A DNA stretch of 64,000 nt from Holophagales bacterium UBA2201. Lineage in GTDB: Bacteria > Acidobacteriota > Thermoanaerobaculia > UBA2201. The position numbers were made by a program, and so were the translations under genes. Positions 58,321 through 64,000 of the stretch are shown here, in pieces (position 1 is the first letter of the stretch; every line of letters starts with the position of its first letter). The notes below the pieces were generated by a model. The model was given only the letters and a program-made list of their open reading frames with translations, ran no database searches and had not been told where the DNA came from. Location of the stretch: NCBI GenBank assembly GCA_002327305.1, contig DCUZ01000016.1:7873-71872 (forward strand), in the 5' to 3' direction.

Positions 58321-59610
58321 CTTGATCTCCGTGATCGCGAGGACGGGCAGGGCCTTGACGAAGAGGAGGAAGATGGTGAAGAAGAGGCCGAACGAGCCCA
58401 CGGTGATCCCCACCGCGATCCACGAGAAGGCCGGCTTGCCCCACGCGTAGGGCTCGAAGTCGTGCGCCAGAGAGGTGACGATGATGATGAAGCGCTCCAG
58501 CCACATCCCCACATTGACGAAGAGGGAGAGGACGAAGAGGTAGGCGATGCTGCGCCGCAGTTTCTTCACGAACAGGGACAGCGGCAGGAGGCAGTTGCAG
58601 AAGACCATCAGATAGTAGGCCCACTTGAAGTCGCCGAAGAGGCGGTAGGAGAAGTGGGCGGTCTCGAAGACGTTGCCGCTGTACCACGCCAGGGCGATCT
58701 CCATCACATAGGCGTAGGCCACGATCAGCGAGGTGAAGAGGAGGGTCTTGGCCAGGGCCTCGAAGTGGTCGATGGTGATGTACCGTTCCAGCCGCAGGAT
58801 CTTCCGCATCGGGATGACCAGCGTCATCACCATGGCGCAGCCGGAGAAGATGGCCCCGGCGACGAAATAGGGGGCGAAAATGGTGGTGTGCCAGCCGGGG
58901 ATGACGCTCATGGCGAAGTCCCACGAGACGACGGAGTGGACGCTGATGACGAGGGGGGTGGCGAAGGAGGCCAGGAAGATGTAGAGTTTTTCCCAATGCC
59001 TCCACTGCGTGTGCGTCCCCGTCCACCCCAGCGAGAGGATGCGGTAGGCCCAGTGACGGATGCCGGTGGTGCGGCGGCGGGCAATGGCCAGGTCGGGCAC
59101 CATGCCGACGTAGAAGAAGAGGAAGGAAACGGTGAAGTAGGTGGAGACGGCGAAGACGTCCCAGATCAGGGGCGAGCGGAAGTTGACCCACAGGAGGCGC
59201 TGGTTGGGGTAGGGCAATAACCAGTAGAAGAGCCAGACGCGCCCCAGGTGGATGAGGGGGAAGAGGCCGGCCGTCATCACCGCGATGACGGTCATCGCCT
59301 CGGCGGAGCGGTTGAAGGCCTTGCGGAACCGGGCGCGGAAGAGGAAAAGGACGGCGGAAATGAGGGTCCCCGAGTGGGCGATGCCGACCCAGAAGACGAA
59401 GTCGGTGATGTACATGTACCAACCCACCGGGTTGTTCTTCCCCGACAGGTGCATCCCGCCCCAGATCTGGAGCCCCCAGCAGGCCATCCCCACGGCGAAC
59501 ATCAGGGCGGTGAAGGCCAGGGCGGCCCAGTAGACCTTTCGCGGGCTCTGCATCCCCCCAAGGACGTCCACCTCCACCCGGTCGTGGAAGGAGAGGGGCT
59601 TATCGCTCAT
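58306..59610 (-). CDS. NrfD/PsrC-family quinol-interacting membrane subunit (ActC-like)
   Basis: 434 aa with 10 TM helices and the NrfD-family pattern. The start overlaps the actB stop (ATGA). Confidence 0.85.
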   Translation of the reverse strand: MSDKPLSFHDRVEVDVLGGMQSPRKVYWAALAFTALMFAVGMACWGLQIWGGMHLSGKNNPVGWYMYITDFVFWVGIAHSGTLISAVLFLFRARFRKAFNRSAEAMTVIAVMTAGLFPLIHLGRVWLFYWLLPYPNQRLLWVNFRSPLIWDVFAVSTYFTVSFLFFYVGMVPDLAIARRRTTGIRHWAYRILSLGWTGTHTQWRHWEKLYIFLASFATPLVISVHSVVSWDFAMSVIPGWHTTIFAPYFVAGAIFSGCAMVMTLVIPMRKILRLERYITIDHFEALAKTLLFTSLIVAYAYVMEIALAWYSGNVFETAHFSYRLFGDFKWAYYLMVFCNCLLPLSLFVKKLRRSIAYLFVLSLFVNVGMWLERFIIIVTSLAHDFEPYAWGKPAFSWIAVGITVGSFGLFFTIFLLFVKALPVLAITEIKEEQQ

Positions 59611-62453
59611 GGTTCCCCTCCACCAGTTTCGAGTTTCGAGTTTCGAGTTTCGAGTTTGCGTGGTCGGAACTCTGAGCTCCGAACTCCGAACTCCGAACTC
59701 CGAACTGTTTTCAAGTAGTACACCGCCGGCCTCGTCCCGAGCGATTCGAGGACCCGGTAGGCCCGGGGGGAGGCGGCCTGCTTCGAAACCGCCGATGCGG
59801 GGTCGAGGAGATTGCCGAAGGTGATGGCGCCGGTTGGGCAGGTCTGGGCGCAGGCGGTGGTGAGGTCGCCGTCGCGCACCTTTTGCCCTTTATCCTTCGC
59901 CTGGTCCTTGGCGCCGACGATGCGCTGGATGCAGAAGGTGCACTTCTCCATCACCCCCGCGGGACGGCGGGAGAGGTCTGGGTTGGTCATCTTCGGCAGG
60001 GGTTCCGGCAGGGGTTCGTCCAGCCAGTTGAACCGGCGCACCTTGTAGGGGCAGTTGTTGGCGCAGTAGCGGGTGCCGACGCAGCGGTTGTATACCTGCG
60101 CGTTGAGCCCCTCGGGATTGTGGTAGGTGGCCAGGACCGGGCACACCGCCTCGCAGGGGGCGTGGTCGCAGTGCTGGCAGAGCATGGGGAGGAATTCAAG
60201 GCGGCCGTCGCCGCCGAAATAGGGCTCCAGCCGGATCCACGCCATCTCGCGCCCCTTGAGGTGCTCGTCGAGGCCGGTGAGGCGGATGTTGTTCTCCAGG
60301 TAGCAGGCCGCCACGCAGGAGGAACAGCCGGTGCACTTGTCCAGGTCGATCGCCATCCCCCAGCGGTAGTCCTTGTGTTCGTGCTCGGGGTAGAGGGTGG
60401 CCTGGGTATGATTCGGCTTGTCGATTGGATCGCCCCGCCATTCCGCGCGCATGCCATCTTGCGCGCAAAATATTATCAATTCCCTTTTTTCCTGAAGGAT
60501 GCCCCGGCCCGTCGCGGTCATGCCGCCCGACAGGATGGGAAGGCGGACCTTCTCCCCCTTGGCCCTGATGGATTTCAGCGGGAAGATGGCGTCGGGTTCG
60601 GCTGCGGCAAACCTTGACAGGGGGAGATTCTCTCCCATGAGGAAGGGGCGCTGGATCATAAAGACCCCTTCGGCGAGGCCCATCTGGACCTTGACGGGAA
60701 GATCGAGCGAAACGCCGTCAATGTCCGCTGTGACGACATCCTTGTCCGCCACTCCCAGTTTGCGGGCATCCTCCGTGGAGACGGAGAGCCACCGGCCGTA
60801 GGTGATGGTGGAAAGGGGGTCGGGGATCTCGTGGAGGAGCGGCAGGGCCGCCGACCGGCCGTCGCCGGTCCGCACGGAGGGGGTGATCACGGCGACGGGG
60901 GTCTTGGCAGTAGGAGCAAACAAGATCTTGGGGGGAGATTCAAGCCTAATCTCCAGAGATTCCTCAACCTGTTGTTCAAAGCAAGCAAAGCCTTTATTCA
61001 ATGCAGTTGGAGAGATCCTCCATCTATTGCTGATCTCTTTCTGCATATCGTACTGCTCAACTATGAAGTCAAGCAATACATCACCTAAGGCGCGGCTGTC
61101 GTGAATTGGTGCAATTGCAGGGGCGTGAACGTTCGAAAGGCCTGTCCTGGGCAATTGATCTCCCCATGATTCCAGCGGAAGCGATAACGGCAGGACAATC
61201 GTGCAGGCTCGTATCGTCGGCGTGAGAGTGTCGCCAATTCCCACCACAAGAGAGGCGCGGCCGGTGGCATTGCGAAGTTCAGGGATATGGGCGTGGGGGT
61301 CGGCCCCGGCGGCGATGAAAATCCCGCCGCTACTGGCTTTGCGAGCCTCTGCCCAGGCCAGGAGTTCGGAATTCCCGCCGCCGTTGGGCCGCTTTATGAA
61401 GTGGCCGAAGTCCACCGTGCAATCGGTCATCCCCAGGGCAAACTGGTTGAGCGCCGTCATCATCGCTGCCGCCTCGCCTCCCGGCCCCGCCGTGCAGACG
61501 CCGCCGGCGATGAGGAGGGGTGCCTGCGCGGAGCCCAGCGCGCCGGCCAGCCGGTCGAGGGAAGCGGCGTCCATCCCCGTCTCGAAAAGCGCCTGCTCGC
61601 GGCTGACGAACGGCACGGCCGCCAGGACCGTCGGGGGCAGAGGTTTCCTCGCGGGCAGGGCCCGGATTAGGTGAGCGAGGAGGAACGCCTCGCTGCCGGG
61701 GCGGACCGTGATACGAAGGTCGGCGTTGGACCCGGTGAGGGAGAAGTGGGGCTCCAAGTGGAGCCACTCGAAGCCGCCACGCGTGCGGTTCTCCGCGACC
61801 TTCCGGGCGTACTCCACCGGGCTAACGAAGGTCTCCAGGATATCGGCCCCCAGAGTGACCAACAGGTCGGCCTTCTCCATGGCGTAGGAAGGAACGACGG
61901 GGCGACCGAAGAGTTTGTCATTGGCCTTGGCGATGGCAGAAGGAAAAAGAGGATCAAAGATGATATGTTCGATTCCGAACCTATCACAGAATGCCACCAT
62001 CAGCGTAGCTAACGCTCCGGTCGCTGTGTCGGTCACCAACAGGTGCGGCCCCTTCTCCTTGAGCGCGTTGCCGATGGTTTCGAGGGCGGTGTCCCAGGTG
62101 ACGGGCTGGAAGACCCCATCCCTCTGTTGGACGAGGGGTTCCTTGATCCGCTCGGGATTGTAGAGCCGCGAGAGCGAGGCCTGGCCGCGGATGCACAGCG
62201 CCCCGCGGTTGATCGGATGCTCGGGATTCCCCTCCAGCTTCACCGGCCACCCCTCGCGCACCCGGGCCAGGACGCCGCACCCGGCGGGGCATTCGGTGCA
62301 GATGGTCGGCACCCACTTTGCCTCGCCCGGCAGGACGCCGTCGTCCGGCGGTACGAGGGCCGGGATCAGTTTTTCCGGCGGCTTGCCCTGGCAGGCCACC
62401 GCCGCTGTCCCTCCGGCCAACCCCAATATGCGCAAGAACTGTCGTCTATTCAT
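59607..62453 (-). CDS. molybdopterin-oxidoreductase-like + 4Fe-4S ferredoxin fusion subunit (ActB-like), Tat signal
   Basis: Tat motif NRRQFLRILGLAGG, then a MopB-type domain (CTECPAGCG). The C-terminal 4Fe-4S region has CTGCSSCVAAC, CQHCDHAPC, CPYKV, CTFCIQRI. The start is trimmed to MNRRQFL. The final ~30 codons are encoded by heptamer repeats. Confidence 0.8.
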   Translation of the reverse strand: MNRRQFLRILGLAGGTAAVACQGKPPEKLIPALVPPDDGVLPGEAKWVPTICTECPAGCGVLARVREGWPVKLEGNPEHPINRGALCIRGQASLSRLYNPERIKEPLVQQRDGVFQPVTWDTALETIGNALKEKGPHLLVTDTATGALATLMVAFCDRFGIEHIIFDPLFPSAIAKANDKLFGRPVVPSYAMEKADLLVTLGADILETFVSPVEYARKVAENRTRGGFEWLHLEPHFSLTGSNADLRITVRPGSEAFLLAHLIRALPARKPLPPTVLAAVPFVSREQALFETGMDAASLDRLAGALGSAQAPLLIAGGVCTAGPGGEAAAMMTALNQFALGMTDCTVDFGHFIKRPNGGGNSELLAWAEARKASSGGIFIAAGADPHAHIPELRNATGRASLVVGIGDTLTPTIRACTIVLPLSLPLESWGDQLPRTGLSNVHAPAIAPIHDSRALGDVLLDFIVEQYDMQKEISNRWRISPTALNKGFACFEQQVEESLEIRLESPPKILFAPTAKTPVAVITPSVRTGDGRSAALPLLHEIPDPLSTITYGRWLSVSTEDARKLGVADKDVVTADIDGVSLDLPVKVQMGLAEGVFMIQRPFLMGENLPLSRFAAAEPDAIFPLKSIRAKGEKVRLPILSGGMTATGRGILQEKRELIIFCAQDGMRAEWRGDPIDKPNHTQATLYPEHEHKDYRWGMAIDLDKCTGCSSCVAACYLENNIRLTGLDEHLKGREMAWIRLEPYFGGDGRLEFLPMLCQHCDHAPCEAVCPVLATYHNPEGLNAQVYNRCVGTRYCANNCPYKVRRFNWLDEPLPEPLPKMTNPDLSRRPAGVMEKCTFCIQRIVGAKDQAKDKGQKVRDGDLTTACAQTCPTGAITFGNLLDPASAVSKQAASPRAYRVLESLGTRPAVYYLKTVRSSEFGVRSSEFRPRKLETRNSKLETGGGEP
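59626..59707. repeat. heptanucleotide tandem repeats (GTTTCGA)x4 then (CCGAACT)x5, inside the 3' end of actB
   Basis: cagtttcgagtttcgagtttcgagtttcgagtttgcg...ctccgaactccgaactccgaactccgaactg. Same heptamer as in the 28086-28470 array. Confidence 0.8.
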
Positions 62454-62565
62454 GCCGATTCTCCATGCGCGACCTTCCAATTGCTGAATGGTGCCGCAGG
62501 CTTCAGCCTGCGCGTTTTTAAAATTCCAAGGGCGCAGCATGCTGCGCCCCTACGAATGCTTTTCA

Positions 62566-63075
62566 TCATTTGTGGCACGCCCAACAGTCGGTCGGGGCGC
62601 CCTTCTGCCGGTGGCAGTTGACGCAGAACCCCATCTGCAATGAACGCACCTGGCGCACGCGCGTCTGCGCCTTGAGCTCCCCGTGACAGACGGCGCAGTC
62701 CACGCCGGCCCTGATGTGGCGCTTGTGGGTGAACCGGACATGCCAGGGGACGGCGTGCACCCTGACCCACGGAACGGGCTCCTTGCGCTCCCAGTAGCCG
62801 GCCAGCTGCCGGATCTCGGGCCGGTCGGCCGCGGCGCTCTCGTGGCACTCCATGCAGACGCTCATCGCCGGCACCCCCGCGCGCGGGGACTGGTCGGCGG
62901 TGGTGTGGCAATGGGCGCACGCGAGCCCCACGCTCAGGATGTGGGTGGGATGGGGGAACGCGATGGGCTGGACCGGGGCCTCGTGCTTCCGCCAATCCCA
63001 CGCCAGGGCTCCCACGGCGGCGAGGGCGGTCATGAAGTAGCCCGTCAGGAGGAGCGGGAGGATGATCTTCTTCAT
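62566..63075 (-). CDS. pentaheme cytochrome c (ActA/NrfB-like)
   Basis: 169 aa with signal peptide MKKIILPLLL and five haem motifs: CAHCH, CMECH, CAVCH, CVNCH, CWACH. Confidence 0.8.
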   Translation of the reverse strand: MKKIILPLLLTGYFMTALAAVGALAWDWRKHEAPVQPIAFPHPTHILSVGLACAHCHTTADQSPRAGVPAMSVCMECHESAAADRPEIRQLAGYWERKEPVPWVRVHAVPWHVRFTHKRHIRAGVDCAVCHGELKAQTRVRQVRSLQMGFCVNCHRQKGAPTDCWACHK

Positions 63076-64000
63076 CGCTGTGCCTCCCCGTGCTCCATGA
63101 GATATTTCGCCACCGACTTGACCTCGCCCAGCGACAACCCCAACGCCGGCATGGCCGGGTAGGCGGGGTCCACCTTCACCGGCTTGCGGATGAAGGCCTC
63201 CAGATCCCCGAGGCGGTCCCGGTACTTGGGAAGGACCTGGTTGTAGGGCGGCCCCACCACCTTGCGGTCGAATTGGTGACAGGCGGTGCACCGCTCGTTG
63301 AAGATCTGCTCGCCGAGGGCGACATCGACGACGATGGAGGCCGCCATCAGGTCCTCCCGCCGGGCCGTCTCCTCGGCACGCAGGGCGGCGGACTCCATGG
63401 CGGCGAGGATGGCGTGCTCCCGGTTGGCCGCCGCCTGCAGGTCCACGGTGCGGAAGGCCTGCAAGCCGAACAGGACCAGGGCCGAGCCGAAGACGCAGGC
63501 GGCGAACCGGGCGTGGGCGTTCTTCAACATGGTGAAGGCCAGAAGCGAAGAGAGCATGAGCAGGACCACCATCGCGGCGGCCAGGGCAAAGCCGCGGTCG
63601 GACAGCGCCTGGAACGGCAGGGTATAGAGGTCCCACACCAGGACCAAAGGCAGGAGGAGGCCGCCACCGAGCGCCATTCCGGCCCCCAGGTTGCGCAGGA
63701 AGATCAGGGAGCGCTCCTCCCCTTCCAGTTTCCGCTCGCTCCACCGGAAATAGAAGTAGAGCACGGCCCCGCCGGTGGCCAGGACCGACAGGAGGAGCAG
63801 GGCGGCCAGGTGCACGGCGACGGAGACGGAGAAGAGGTGGGGCAGGGGCGTCTCCACGAACCCCCAGTGCTCGGGGAGGAAACCGAGGTCCAGGACGGAG
63901 GTGAGCCCCGCCAGGGAGAGAAGGAGCACGGCCGCGCCGGCGCCGCCGAGCCGGGGGTCCAGCCCGCGCTGGTAGGCCAGCAGGAGGCCGAACGCCAGGA
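63072..64000 (-). CDS. membrane protein with C-terminal class I cytochrome c domain, 5'-partial (start beyond window end)
   Basis: CTACH haem motif near the C-terminus with several TM helices. The minus-strand frame stays open upstream of the track's GTG (63929) to the window edge. Confidence 0.55.
   Translation of the reverse strand, partial: LAFGLLLAYQRGLDPRLGGAGAAVLLLSLAGLTSVLDLGFLPEHWGFVETPLPHLFSVSVAVHLAALLLLSVLATGGAVLYFYFRWSERKLEGEERSLIFLRNLGAGMALGGGLLLPLVLVWDLYTLPFQALSDRGFALAAAMVVLLMLSSLLAFTMLKNAHARFAACVFGSALVLFGLQAFRTVDLQAAANREHAILAAMESAALRAEETARREDLMAASIVVDVALGEQIFNERCTACHQFDRKVVGPPYNQVLPKYRDRLGDLEAFIRKPVKVDPAYPAMPALGLSLGEVKSVAKYLMEHGEAQR

Overview
This is a high-GC (about 65-70% by eye) Gram-negative bacterial chromosome segment. 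The core housekeeping genes are surE-pcm, apt, folK, tgt-yajC-secD-secF, lpxD-fabZ-lpxA with skp, mtnP, an ECF sigma/anti-sigma pair, a Ser/Thr kinase with a PP2C phosphatase, and an ACIII-like quinol oxidoreductase cluster (ActA/B/C/D-like). Several lower-GC accessory segments interrupt this backbone. (1) At 1-5.3 kb there is an AT-rich defence island: an OLD-family ABC-ATPase/Toprim nuclease next to a Type IIG restriction-modification gene that is split into an N-terminal PD-(D/E)XK fragment and a C-terminal MTase/TRD fragment, with a 'four helix bundle protein' (23S IVS protein family) gene lying between them in a tightly overlapping arrangement. (2) A ~6.2-kb insertion (21549-27752) is bounded by 73-bp direct repeats. 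It carries a replacement 3' end for the secreted-protein gene it splits, and its cargo is an intact 994-aa Type IIG enzyme translationally coupled to an AT-rich 455-aa unknown protein (Rx4H, HEPN-like motif) and a 119-aa membrane protein, followed by a SAM methyltransferase. No integrase is visible. (3) A 1633-aa Rhs/YD-repeat toxin is followed by a lipoprotein (candidate immunity) and low-GC paralogous lipoprotein genes. A family of heptanucleotide tandem repeats recurs in intergenic regions, and one copy forms the 3' end of actB. No rRNA, tRNA or CRISPR was found. All calls come from reading the sequence and ORF translations; no database searches were run.
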